20,000 nucleotides of DNA, taken from the IMG/VR virus record IMGVR_UViG_3300028557_000031, positions 54,205 to 74,204 of that record; one strand, written 5' to 3'. The notes under the pieces are model-generated. The model had not been told where the DNA came from. It saw only the letters and a program-made list of their open reading frames with translations, and ran no database searches. The translations under genes were made by a program, and so were the position numbers. This stretch comes from an uncultured virus (IMG/VR IMGVR_UViG_3300028557_000031) (Duplodnaviria; Heunggongvirae; Uroviricota; Caudoviricetes). Within the stretch, counting starts at the first letter, position 1. Every line of letters begins with the position of its first letter. Shown here in pieces: positions 1 through 8,312 of this stretch.

Positions 1-2
1 TT

Positions 3-530
3 TTTATTGCGGGAAACCATGACTTTAGTTGTCAGGATGAAGTCTCGGTCGTCCAAGAATTACTTCGTCTTAATCCCGGTTCAGAATACCTCTATGATGA
101 TATGTTCTTAATTGGTGACGAAAGTGCCGATTACGATGATATGGTAAAAGTTTGGGGTAGTCCTTGGCAACCCGAGTTTTACAATTGGGCGTTTAATCTA
201 CCAAGACAAGGTGCCGAACTCAAAGAAGTTTGGAATATGATTCCCTCAGATGTTGATATCCTAATAACTCACGGTCCGCCTTATGGACACTTAGATTATG
301 TCACCTATTCTAAACAAAATGTAGGTTGTGAATTACTGCGAGACAGAATTGACCTTATCAAACCAAAAATTCATGTCTTTGGACACATTCACTCAAGTTA
401 TGGATATAAATTTGACGGAACAACTCATTTCTTTAACGCAGCGGTCTTAGATGAAAGGTATAATTTCACCCAAAAACCACTGAGCGTGGAATGGGACCCC
501 AAAACAAATGAATTGAATTTTGTAGAATAA
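3..530 (+). CDS. Calcineurin-like metallophosphoesterase (239FB/MPPED-like), 5'-truncated by window edge
   Basis: Frame is open from nt 3 (FIAGNHDF...) and contains GNHD, GSPWQP, LITHGPP and VFGHIH metallophosphoesterase motifs. Confidence 0.9.
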   Translation, partial: FIAGNHDFSCQDEVSVVQELLRLNPGSEYLYDDMFLIGDESADYDDMVKVWGSPWQPEFYNWAFNLPRQGAELKEVWNMIPSDVDILITHGPPYGHLDYVTYSKQNVGCELLRDRIDLIKPKIHVFGHIHSSYGYKFDGTTHFFNAAVLDERYNFTQKPLSVEWDPKTNELNFVE

Positions 531-556
531 AAAAGGGGGTCATTAACCCCCTTATT
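531..556. terminator. Bidirectional intrinsic terminator between convergent genes
   Basis: AAGGGGGT-CATTA-ACCCCCTT stem with A/T tracts either side. Confidence 0.8.
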
Positions 557-560
557 TATT

Positions 561-800
561 TTACTCTTGGTCGTTACCCTTTTTACCAAAGATTTTACCC
601 GCCTCGGCAATACCGAACGCACCTAAGGTAATGATAACAAATGAATTAAATACTGTGTCTGAGATTACCAACTCTTGCCCAAAGATACCGGTAACGATAT
701 CCGCAACTGCAGCTAAACTCATAACTGAAAAGGACATAAATCCAACGATTGTTTTTTCGTTGTAGTCGTTTTCATCTTTAAAAATGTCTTTGAATGCCAT
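561..800 (-). CDS. Small two-TM membrane protein, holin-like candidate
   Basis: 79 aa, two hydrophobic segments, charged C-tail; TATTTAT motif at 825-819 upstream. Confidence 0.6.
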   Translation of the reverse strand: MAFKDIFKDENDYNEKTIVGFMSFSVMSLAAVADIVTGIFGQELVISDTVFNSFVIITLGAFGIAEAGKIFGKKGNDQE

Positions 801-818
801 AATAGATTAGTGTTTCCA

Positions 819-830
819 ATAAATATTTAT
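819..830. promoter_or_regulatory. Palindromic ATAAATATTTAT giving a TATTTAT motif in both directions
   Basis: Perfect 12-bp palindrome between divergent genes 561-800 and 861-1148. Confidence 0.55.
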
Positions 831-848
831 CAAAGTCCTAAAAGTTGT

Positions 849-856
849 TATATTTG
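849..856 (+). promoter_or_regulatory. Bacteroidota sigma-A -7 element TAnnTTTG
   Basis: TATATTTG-GTGT-ATG(861). Confidence 0.65.
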
Positions 857-860
857 GTGT

Positions 861-1148
861 ATGGGTGGAAGTTCCTCAAACATGGCTTATGTGGTAGAAA
901 AACTTATTAATGCTTTAGAAAGAAAGAATATCGAACAATTCTATGGAGAGGGAACCTATCTCAAAATCAGAGATGTAATCTTTAGTCATGTCCAAAACAA
1001 TTGTTTGGTGGATTGTGTCGTTATCTTGGGGAAGGACATAGAAACCACAATGTTAGACGATGATATGACAAGAATGTTGGTTTATAACATTATGGACAAA
1101 TTATATGTCGATATGGTTGTGAATGTAATGGTGTCTTACGACGCCTGA
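861..1148 (+). CDS. Hypothetical protein (start revised from 810 to 861)
   Basis: ATG lies 4 nt after TATATTTG, as at several other genes. Confidence 0.7.
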   Translation: MGGSSSNMAYVVEKLINALERKNIEQFYGEGTYLKIRDVIFSHVQNNCLVDCVVILGKDIETTMLDDDMTRMLVYNIMDKLYVDMVVNVMVSYDA

Positions 1149-1160
1149 TTACTTCTTCAA

Positions 1161-1448
1161 TTAATTGTTATCTTTTTGAAGAAATTCTACTTTTACCGTA
1201 AGTGCGGCAACTTTTTCCGTAAGAGCTAAAATGGTTTCTCTCATTTTTTCTTTTTCTTCAGAACTTTCCCTCAATAATGCCTCGAGTTTGGCAATTCTAT
1301 CCCTACAATCTTGTTTGATAAAATTATCCTCATCTCTTTTTAATTCGGCCCTACGCTCATAAAATTTCCAAGCACTTGTGGAACCTAAAACTGTAATTGC
1401 GGTTATTAAAACCGTCCATATAGAATTCATATCCATCGATTCCATCAT
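1161..1448 (-). CDS. N-terminal TM plus coiled-coil protein, holin/lysis-accessory-like
   Basis: SIWTVLITAITVLGS hydrophobic helix followed by heptad-rich C-terminus; TATTTAT at 1463-1457. Confidence 0.6.
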   Translation of the reverse strand: MMESMDMNSIWTVLITAITVLGSTSAWKFYERRAELKRDEDNFIKQDCRDRIAKLEALLRESSEEKEKMRETILALTEKVAALTVKVEFLQKDNN

Positions 1449-1504
1449 CTAATAGTATAAATACTATTAACTTGGGTAAAACTATGAATTAAATTTTTTG
1501 TTGA

Positions 1505-1610
1505 ACCACCGAACTTCGTTCGGTTTGGTACTAAGTATTAATTCTAGTATTATAATATATTATATTATTAATATAATTTTTTTAATTAATTCTTTATAGT
1601 AGTTCTAGTG
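1505..1610. other. Hairpin followed by near-pure AT tract
   Basis: ACCGAAC-TTC-GTTCGGT (1508-1524); about 1548-1590 is A/T only; TTCTAGT at 1542 and 1603. Confidence 0.45.
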
Positions 1611-1963
1611 ATTTTTTTCCAAACAGAATCAGAATTAAGTCCAACTGAAATAATGTGTTCCATATTCCATTCCTCGGGGGAGATAATTGATAAAAATTCT
1701 TTTCCATCTCGACCCTTATAAATGTGGTAAGTATTACCAATTTTTGGCTCGAAATTATATTTGCAATTATAAATCCTTTCGTTTAGTTCAATAGTCTCTT
1801 GTAATATTTGAGCCTCAACCACCAAATCCTCCCATTTCCCGCTAAAAAAGTCGTTTGCCTTGGTTACACCATATCTTTTAAAAGATGTGAGGTCTACGGG
1901 TTCTATTTTTGGTGAAGATAGTGATGTGGGATATTCGTAAAGTGATAATCTTTTATTAGACAT
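1586..1963 (-). CDS. DUF2452-family protein (start revised to MSNKRL at 1963)
   Basis: YNCKYNFEPKIGNTYHIY...FLSIISPEEW resembles DUF2452; TATACTTG-GTAT-ATG upstream. Confidence 0.7.
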   Translation of the reverse strand: MSNKRLSLYEYPTSLSSPKIEPVDLTSFKRYGVTKANDFFSGKWEDLVVEAQILQETIELNERIYNCKYNFEPKIGNTYHIYKGRDGKEFLSIISPEEWNMEHIISVGLNSDSVWKKITRTTIKN

Positions 1964-1976
1964 ATACCAAGTATAC

Positions 1977-2010
1977 AAAAAAAAAGGGAAGAATCTATTC
2001 TCCCCCCTTT
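1977..2010 (-). terminator. Intrinsic terminator overlapping stop of 1995-2531
   Basis: Minus strand GGGGAGAA-TAGA-TTCTTCCC followed by a long T run. Confidence 0.7.
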
Positions 2011-2531
2011 ACAATTGTCAACCCATGTTTAAGAAACTCCTTCGCTCGGGGGTCAAGATAGGACAATGCGTAGACTTTTTCAATATCTTTAACCAATTCC
2101 TCACCATGTTCGTTCTCCTTATAGAGTTCGATAATTTTATCCATAGCATTGTTACACTGTTTGGTTTGTTCCTCGAAATAGTTATAAGGCTTGAACTCTT
2201 GAAGAGTGCCGTGAATTCGAGATGCGAGGTCTACACCACCATCGGTGATTTGTGGGAACAATCTCATTGTTTTTAAGACCTCAATCATATCCACTAAGCC
2301 ACGAACACCACCTTTTCTTAGTTTTATTCCTTCGATATAATCGTCAAATTCTTCATTGCCAGCTAAATCGTGAATTGATTTGGTGTTTTGTGCATTGCAG
2401 AACAGTCTTTTCCCTTCTTTAGGCTCACTTTCTCTATCTTGTGTAACCTCCATATCCATTTGCTCAGAAATGTCGTATAAACGACGAATTTCTGATTTTT
2501 CAGATTCTGATAAAATGAATCTTTTTCCCAT
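1995..2531 (-). CDS. Hypothetical protein with MGKRFILSESEKSEIRRLY leader
   Basis: 178-aa ORF; leader shared with 2534-2824 and 13288-13494. Confidence 0.8.
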   Translation of the reverse strand: MGKRFILSESEKSEIRRLYDISEQMDMEVTQDRESEPKEGKRLFCNAQNTKSIHDLAGNEEFDDYIEGIKLRKGGVRGLVDMIEVLKTMRLFPQITDGGVDLASRIHGTLQEFKPYNYFEEQTKQCNNAMDKIIELYKENEHGEELVKDIEKVYALSYLDPRAKEFLKHGLTIVKGGE

Positions 2532-2533
2532 GA

Positions 2534-2824
2534 TTATTTCTTAATTGATGCTGTATATCTTATTGGTTTTCCACCTTGACCGAAGTATCTATCATTACGC
2601 GAAACAACTTCGAAAGACTTAGTTACATCGTCATAGTAGAAATCTACATTTCTCAGTATCAAATCTTGATTGAGCGATTTAATATCTTTTACTTCTTCAG
2701 AGGGAGTTTCAACCTTTTTTTTGAAACCATTCATTTCACCACCGAAAGCGACACCGGTCATTTGTTCATACATCTTTTGTATGTTTTCTTTTTCTTCTTG
2801 ATTTACAATAAGTCTTTGTCCCAT
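2534..2824 (-). CDS. Hypothetical protein, N-terminal paralog of 13288-13494
   Basis: MGQRLIVNQEEKENIQKMYEQMTGVAFGGEMNG; TATTTAT at 2835-2829. Confidence 0.8.
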   Translation of the reverse strand: MGQRLIVNQEEKENIQKMYEQMTGVAFGGEMNGFKKKVETPSEEVKDIKSLNQDLILRNVDFYYDDVTKSFEVVSRNDRYFGQGGKPIRYTASIKK

Positions 2825-2839
2825 AACAATAAATATCTA

Positions 2840-3499
2840 TTAGTTATGAATAAAATTGACTTTATCTTTAAGGGATAATTCTTTATCGGTAAATGAAAAA
2901 GGGTCGTAATTAAAATTATCGAAGTGTTTTTTGAATACTTTGTATATTTTCGAAGCGTTTTCATAACTTAATGTGTTAACTTCGAATTCCTCGTTGTTTT
3001 TTAAAAGGTGTTCATTGAATTGGAAGTTTATATTCATCAGAAAAAATAACTCGGTGAGACTTTCCTTTATGTTTTCGAATTTAAGAACAAAATCAGGTTG
3101 TCTTTTATCAATATTGTATGGGAAAATATGCTGTAATCCACTATCGGTACCTAATAATATTTTTTCATCGACGGAAAAAATCTCTGAAACCCAATTATTC
3201 ATACTTTTAATGAAATTTTCCTTTGTATTAATCTTCAATTTCCAATTTGTCTCGGAAATTCGTAAATAATAATTTATTATGTGATAATATGGATTTCTAA
3301 CTGACATTATCAGTGAATAATCCTCACATAAAGGGGGGATTTTGTCAATAAAAGATATTTTTTGTTTCGATGTGGGTATTTCAACACCCGCATACGATGA
3401 TGTTACTAAATTTAACGCCTCAAAAGCGGATGCCACCAATTTTTCTCCCATTTCGGGTTTGGTCCACCATATAACTTTATGTTCATGAGATAAATTCAT
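2840..3499 (-). CDS. Sulfotransferase family 2-like protein with degenerate PAPS motifs
   Basis: SHEHKVIWW, SVRNPY, DFVLKFENIKE and IYKVFKKHFDNFNY follow the Sulfotransfer_2 motif order. Confidence 0.65.
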   Translation of the reverse strand: MNLSHEHKVIWWTKPEMGEKLVASAFEALNLVTSSYAGVEIPTSKQKISFIDKIPPLCEDYSLIMSVRNPYYHIINYYLRISETNWKLKINTKENFIKSMNNWVSEIFSVDEKILLGTDSGLQHIFPYNIDKRQPDFVLKFENIKESLTELFFLMNINFQFNEHLLKNNEEFEVNTLSYENASKIYKVFKKHFDNFNYDPFSFTDKELSLKDKVNFIHN

Positions 3500-3513
3500 G
3501 AATACAAAAAAAA

Positions 3514-3705
3514 TTAATACAAGCTTCTTATTTGTTCTGAAATTTGACGGAGTTGAACCTTAAGGTGAGCAAGTTCACGAGGAGTATTTTTGTCAATGAC
3601 AGTATTTTCGGTCTCAATATCCTTAATTCTCTCTTGAGTTCTTTGAAACTGGAACATCAATTTACTGTATTGTTCGGCTTTTCTTGTGTCTGAATTTAAA
3701 TTCAT
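3514..3705 (-). CDS. Small coiled-coil hypothetical protein
   Basis: 63-aa ORF with helical heptad pattern, in line with neighbouring genes. Confidence 0.65.
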   Translation of the reverse strand: MNLNSDTRKAEQYSKLMFQFQRTQERIKDIETENTVIDKNTPRELAHLKVQLRQISEQIRSLY

Positions 3706-3734
3706 ATCTTTTTTTTTATATTATCGTAAAAATC

Positions 3735-3863
3735 TCAAAAATTTAAAGGATTAAACCTACAAGACATTTTTTTACCGAATTTTCTTAAAAAAAGTTTGTG
3801 TCCAATAAGACACCCACTAAAATAAGAAACTCCAACAACAGCTGAGACAAGTATTACCCACAT
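3735..3863 (-). CDS. 42-aa single-TM micro-protein (not in ORF track)
   Basis: MWVILVSAVVGVSYFSGCLIGHKLFLRKFGKKMSCRFNPLNF; TATTTAT at 3887-3881. Confidence 0.55.
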   Translation of the reverse strand: MWVILVSAVVGVSYFSGCLIGHKLFLRKFGKKMSCRFNPLNF

Positions 3864-3887
3864 AAATGATTGTTTGAATAATAAATA

Positions 3888-4082
3888 TCAAATATTTCTT
3901 TTATTTTCTCTCCAATCTAACCAAAAACCGATTCCAACAATAATGTTCATTCCAATAGACATTATTATTTCGTGAAAATCCTCATAAACATTCATTGTCA
4001 AATGTACATGACCGACAACCCAAAATGGTATTGATAGATTATTTGCAACCCAACGAATAAAAAACTTCGTCAAATCAAACAT
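3888..4082 (-). CDS. Small membrane protein
   Basis: 64 aa, two hydrophobic segments, overlaps stop of upstream gene. Confidence 0.65.
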   Translation of the reverse strand: MFDLTKFFIRWVANNLSIPFWVVGHVHLTMNVYEDFHEIIMSIGMNIIVGIGFWLDWRENKRNI

Positions 4083-4296
4083 TTTTTTGGTGTTTCCTAA
4101 TCAATTCATTAAGATAGGATAAAATTTCAACAGAATCCCATCTGTAAAAATATTCATCAAGACTTCTACTATCAATAAAGGGATGAGGGAGCGATTTTGC
4201 CCACCTCATCCCTTTTTCAAAGTCTTTTACGGAATAATTAAGTTCTTCAGTCGGAACCTTTGATGTCAACTTGTAATATAATCTTTTTAGTGTCAT
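4075..4296 (-). CDS. Hypothetical protein (start revised to MTLKRL at 4296)
   Basis: TATCTTGT-GAAT-ATG upstream. Confidence 0.65.
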   Translation of the reverse strand: MTLKRLYYKLTSKVPTEELNYSVKDFEKGMRWAKSLPHPFIDSRSLDEYFYRWDSVEILSYLNELIRKHQKNV

Positions 4297-4322
4297 ATTC
4301 ACAAGATAAACATAAGTTTAAC

Positions 4323-4934
4323 TTATTTCAATAATCCGTAGTATTTGAATGTTTTTTCTTCTCTATCGGCCAAACCGTGAGTACCACCATTGATTCTCTT
4401 AGTAAGTGCTAAAATAGTTTCTTTTGTAACACCTTTGTCACAGATGTCCCATAACTTATTTTTTTCAAAGAAAAACATTGCAGATTCAAATGACAATTCA
4501 CCAGCAACCAAGTCAGGTTGTTCCATAATCAATGGATTCTTCAGGTAATCAGCAAATGCTTTGTAGTTTGCTTTACCTGTCAATTGAAGAGCACCTCTAC
4601 CACGGTACTTCCATCCCTCACCCGAGGTTTCATCACCATTACCCATTCTTGATGCGTAAACTCGATTAGCAATTTTCTCAGGGTCCCTTTGGTAAGACTC
4701 ATTTAAGGTACCAGGAAAATACTTTCCAAAGATTTTTTTCAAACCATCGCCAGAATAATTCAAGTTTTCTGAGAATGCTTTAAAACCTCCTGTTTCATGT
4801 GCTGTTTGAGCGAAGAAATGTGCCGCTCTTTCAGGTGTCATTTTATAATAAGCCATTGCAGCTTTTAAAGTTCCTGGACCGAAAGCTCCGTCCGCAGTTA
4901 CTCCGATTTTTGTTTGTAGATTTTTTAAACTCAT
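4323..4934 (-). CDS. GH19 (chitinase-like) endolysin with short N-terminal PG-binding-like segment
   Basis: AHFFAQTAHETGGF, ENLNYS, YRGRGALQLTGKANY, TKRINGGTHGLADR; N-terminal LQTKIGVTADGAFGPGT; start MSLKNL downstream of TATTTAT at 4957-4951. Confidence 0.9.
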   Translation of the reverse strand: MSLKNLQTKIGVTADGAFGPGTLKAAMAYYKMTPERAAHFFAQTAHETGGFKAFSENLNYSGDGLKKIFGKYFPGTLNESYQRDPEKIANRVYASRMGNGDETSGEGWKYRGRGALQLTGKANYKAFADYLKNPLIMEQPDLVAGELSFESAMFFFEKNKLWDICDKGVTKETILALTKRINGGTHGLADREEKTFKYYGLLK

Positions 4935-4966
4935 AGTGTATAATTTTACCATAAATATCTTAAAAA

Positions 4967-5299
4967 ATGCCACGAGTCCCAAAAATCTTAGAATATAACA
5001 AAATGAAAGTTGCGGATTTAAAAAAACTTTGTGAGGATAGAGATATCCAATGTAAAATGATTGTCAAGGATATGATAAACGCTCTAAAATTGGAAGAAGA
5101 AGGTAAATGGATTTTTCACACCGAACAAGAAAAATATAAAAAAGGGGGGTATATTATAAAAATAGATTACAGAAATAAAGAACATTTAATCAAAATGGGA
5201 CAACTAATTGAAAAGGGATTGTCTCGTAGAACGAATATCTACTCAATGTTCAAAATTTGGTATAAAATGGAATCGGAATTTATTCAGTCACAAAATTGA
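4967..5299 (+). CDS. Protein with N-terminal SAP/HeH-like domain
   Basis: YNKMKVADLKKLCEDRDIQCKMIVKDMINAL resembles SAP / Rho-N helix-extension-helix. Confidence 0.55.
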   Translation: MPRVPKILEYNKMKVADLKKLCEDRDIQCKMIVKDMINALKLEEEGKWIFHTEQEKYKKGGYIIKIDYRNKEHLIKMGQLIEKGLSRRTNIYSMFKIWYKMESEFIQSQN

Positions 5300-6227
5300 C
5301 ATTTATTTCCAATTTTTCTTTTGCGGTTTTTGCGAATTTATGAGGTAAATTACGGATGAGTACCTCCTCTAAAGTTTCACCCATTCTTTCTTCAAAATCC
5401 TGTACATTCGGCTTTTGCTTGGTCACAATTTTTCCATCAATATCTAAGAAAGCAACTTCCAAAACATCCAAATTAAAAATTATTTTATCGTTTTTTTCTA
5501 TAGAATCCAAACGAATTTTGAATCTCACTTTATCAGTTGGATATCCAAATTGTCTCAAAGGATTCGTACCTGTTATAAAAATGTAATTACGACCTTCATA
5601 TGAAGATTTTAAAAAATCATAAAAACCATCAAAAATTGAATCTTGAATTTTATTGATGTCAACACCATTTCTGAGCTGGTTCATCTGTTGTGGTTCCAAA
5701 ACATATCGATTATCACCCCAAATACGAGTCTGACTCATTTGTTTACTGGTGCTTTTAGAAAATGGTTCTGAAACTTGGTACCAAAATTTGTCCTTAAAAA
5801 TATAAATGGGATACCATCCGTATGATGTTATCACAAATTGTTTTACACCCTTTGGGTCAGTTTCCCAAAACCCTTCGACATTATTTCCTTTAAAAGGTAT
5901 TTTACCTTTTGCAAATGTTGACATTGTGTAATTGGCAATTTTGCCGGCTTTAATGTCTGATAATGATTTTTCTTCACCCTTTTTTATTTCCTCATATCTT
6001 CCATCGGGACGATAATTTAAAGAATAAAGATAATAGTAATACATCGAATCACCCTTATCGTAACCTAAATAACCTAATACCTTTTTCAGATATTCAGTGA
6101 TTTCCCCTTTGCTTTTAAGATTTTGTTTTTCTCTGTTTAAAAGGTTGAAAATTTTAATTTCATCGATAGAAAATGCTCTCTCAGATGATTCTTCTAATAA
6201 TATACTATACAATCTTAAACTTTTCAT
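5280..6227 (-). CDS. Hypothetical protein, 315 aa
   Basis: Long ORF with ATGA overlap to upstream gene; leader MKSLRLYSILLEE. Confidence 0.85.
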   Translation of the reverse strand: MKSLRLYSILLEESSERAFSIDEIKIFNLLNREKQNLKSKGEITEYLKKVLGYLGYDKGDSMYYYYLYSLNYRPDGRYEEIKKGEEKSLSDIKAGKIANYTMSTFAKGKIPFKGNNVEGFWETDPKGVKQFVITSYGWYPIYIFKDKFWYQVSEPFSKSTSKQMSQTRIWGDNRYVLEPQQMNQLRNGVDINKIQDSIFDGFYDFLKSSYEGRNYIFITGTNPLRQFGYPTDKVRFKIRLDSIEKNDKIIFNLDVLEVAFLDIDGKIVTKQKPNVQDFEERMGETLEEVLIRNLPHKFAKTAKEKLEINVNFVTE

Positions 6228-6649
6228 TCCACAACTTTAAATTGGGAAAACGAAATTTGCTTTTTCAACTTAAATTTATCAGGAATTGTTGCTTGTTTTT
6301 GAATCATCCGATGAATTTTTTCTGTTACTTCACCCATTTCATGTTGAACTTCAGAAGGTGTGGGAACCTCCGTCGATTGATATAATTCTGACAAGTAAAT
6401 TAAATTATTAATTTTACCTTCTTTTTTTAAACGGCCATCCATCCAAGGCCTAACACTCCAATTAGGATATTGTTCCATCACCTTAGAATTTGATATTGTT
6501 ATTTCGGAAAAATATACCCAATCATATTTAATTTCGTCTTCTTCGAAATCATCTGTCATTTTTATATCAAGGATAAAGGGGTATTTTTTTACCATCTCCC
6601 TAAACACAACTCTCATTTCAAGACTATTTTCTACCTCACCCTGTGTCAT
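6224..6649 (-). CDS. Hypothetical protein
   Basis: 141-aa ORF; TATTTAT at 6664-6658. Confidence 0.8.
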   Translation of the reverse strand: MTQGEVENSLEMRVVFREMVKKYPFILDIKMTDDFEEDEIKYDWVYFSEITISNSKVMEQYPNWSVRPWMDGRLKKEGKINNLIYLSELYQSTEVPTPSEVQHEMGEVTEKIHRMIQKQATIPDKFKLKKQISFSQFKVVE

Positions 6650-6657
6650 ACTATTCT

Positions 6658-6676
6658 ATAAATACTTTATATTTAT
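6658..6676. promoter_or_regulatory. Back-to-back TATTTAT motifs for divergent genes
   Basis: ATAAATA at 6658-6664 (minus gene 6649) and TATTTAT at 6670-6676 (plus gene 6683). Confidence 0.65.
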
Positions 6677-6682
6677 TTAAAT

Positions 6683-6973
6683 ATGGACTTTAAAGAGGCA
6701 ATTGAAGAGGTTTTAGTGTACGAAGGTAGATTTTCTCCCGAGTACTCAAAAAATCTTTCAAATTTAATTATGTCAGAATCCGAAAAACTCGGAATGGAGA
6801 TTCCAACTTACAATTTAATATGGAGTATAATTCACAGAGAAACTTTAACTAAGAAAGACTTTGCCCAAGAACTTGCTGAATATATTATGGAACTTTACTA
6901 CCGAGGTGGATACATCAACAAAGCGGAAAAAGAAATAGAAAGAATACTACAAGTTTTAAAACCCAAACAATAG
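6683..6973 (+). CDS. Hypothetical protein
   Basis: 96-aa ORF, ATG 6 nt after TATTTAT. Confidence 0.75.
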   Translation: MDFKEAIEEVLVYEGRFSPEYSKNLSNLIMSESEKLGMEIPTYNLIWSIIHRETLTKKDFAQELAEYIMELYYRGGYINKAEKEIERILQVLKPKQ

Positions 6974-7708
6974 TTATTCTAAGGTTGGTATTTCACTTTT
7001 CCAAATAGCTCTTTGTACCAAATTATATTTTGGTTTTTGATTGTTGTAGTAATATAATGCCAAACTTTTTCTATTAATTTCTTCTGGACATTGAAGTGGA
7101 TGTGGGTGACCGTGAGGTGCTTTATCAATATTAAACATAACCACACGGTTGGATATTGGGGAAATAAATTTTGCGGGGCCCGACATGTTTTTCCACCAAA
7201 GTTCTAAGTCACCGTTCCAAGATTCATCCCAATAAGCATTTAAATAAACTAAAAGATTAAGATGACGATATAGGTCAGGTCGTACTTGGCTATCATTAAA
7301 ATCGTGGTGTACTTCTAATCTACCACCCCTTCCAGTTTGGTGATAAGCGGCATTTGCAAAACCTTCGGACTCATGTGTTAAGTTATTTAAACCAGAAATT
7401 TTACTAACAATTTGAAGAAACTCAGGAGAGTTTAAATATTTAATAACTTCTCTCATTGTTGGTAACATATTATTAAAGTCATAAATTTGTTTTTTATTCA
7501 CTTGGTCATTGTGTTCATCATAATTTCCACCACCAACAAATCTCCATAATTCACTTGGATTCGAAGAAATAAACTCAACTTCATTCATTAATCTGTCAAT
7601 AACATCTTCACGGAAAAAATCATCCATCACAATGTGATTAAATGGAATATCAGTTTTAAAAGCCCGAGAGTATTCTTCGATGTTACGATAAGTCTTATTA
7701 CTTAACAT
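6974..7708 (-). CDS. 2OG-Fe(II) oxygenase (2OG-FeII_Oxy_3 / prolyl-hydroxylase-like)
   Basis: PFNHIVMDDFF, HxD (VHHDFN), LNLLVYLN..W...W.GDLELW, distal His (PHGHP), RKSLALYYY. Confidence 0.9.
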   Translation of the reverse strand: MLSNKTYRNIEEYSRAFKTDIPFNHIVMDDFFREDVIDRLMNEVEFISSNPSELWRFVGGGNYDEHNDQVNKKQIYDFNNMLPTMREVIKYLNSPEFLQIVSKISGLNNLTHESEGFANAAYHQTGRGGRLEVHHDFNDSQVRPDLYRHLNLLVYLNAYWDESWNGDLELWWKNMSGPAKFISPISNRVVMFNIDKAPHGHPHPLQCPEEINRKSLALYYYNNQKPKYNLVQRAIWKSEIPTLE

Positions 7709-7718
7709 ATTTTTTTAT

Positions 7719-8075
7719 TTAATAATAATCAACAAACCGAACGGGTAAATCGTATTTTTCATTTACCCAATCTTTAAAAATTTCCTCTAAAAAATCTTCG
7801 TCAATTCCAAACATTTCCATCACCCCTGTCATGACAGATGACGGGACCCTAATTATGGCTTCTTTTTTTGAATATTTCATTGGTGTTTTTCCAGCAGAAT
7901 TAACAAAATAAATCATACTTTCTTGATTAGGTACCATAGTGAGTTTACCAAATTTTATGTTAAGGTACTCTTTTACTTTGTTAGAATAAGACATGTTGGG
8001 TTTTGAAGTATAGTCGCCCATCACCCTTTTCAGGGTGTTAATGAGTCTATTCTGTTCTATTATACCGTTATCCAA
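7719..8075 (-). CDS. Hypothetical protein of the WxNE(K/R) family; start uncertain (TTG)
   Basis: C-terminal IFKDWVNEKYDLPV; TATTTAT at 8100-8094. Confidence 0.7.
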   Translation of the reverse strand: MDNGIIEQNRLINTLKRVMGDYTSKPNMSYSNKVKEYLNIKFGKLTMVPNQESMIYFVNSAGKTPMKYSKKEAIIRVPSSVMTGVMEMFGIDEDFLEEIFKDWVNEKYDLPVRFVDYY

Positions 8076-8114
8076 GTTAGTAATATCTTAACAATAAATA
8101 TTTTACAAAAAAGT

Positions 8115-8143
8115 AAAAGGGGGAGTAGCGAATTCCCCCTTTT
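8115..8143. terminator. Intrinsic terminator hairpin, possibly the 3' end of a structured RNA
   Basis: AAAAGGGGGA-GTAGCGAAT-TCCCCCTTTT. Confidence 0.75.
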
Positions 8144-8183
8144 TCGTTCCCATAACAGAAACGGTCCTAGTCCCACTTAAGGG

Positions 8184-8276
8184 TCAATGTATGGCTAAGT
8201 AACCCAAATAGAGTAAACCAAAAATAATTATGAAAACTCCAATCCAACCGATTAAAATTTCCAACCATTTTTTCAT
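8184..8276 (-). CDS. 30-aa single-TM micro-protein (not in ORF track)
   Basis: MKKWLEILIGWIGVFIIIFGLLYLGYLAIH; TATTTAT-CTAT-ATG upstream. Confidence 0.6.
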   Translation of the reverse strand: MKKWLEILIGWIGVFIIIFGLLYLGYLAIH

Positions 8277-8312
8277 ATAGATAAATAGTTGTAAAAAATT
8301 TAATATTCTTTT

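Noticed and set aside
8151..8186. Twister ribozyme resemblance on the plus strand (TAA...GGTCCTAGTCC...AGGG)
   Set aside because: P2 cannot form, P4 is only 2 bp and the catalytic G before AGGG is absent
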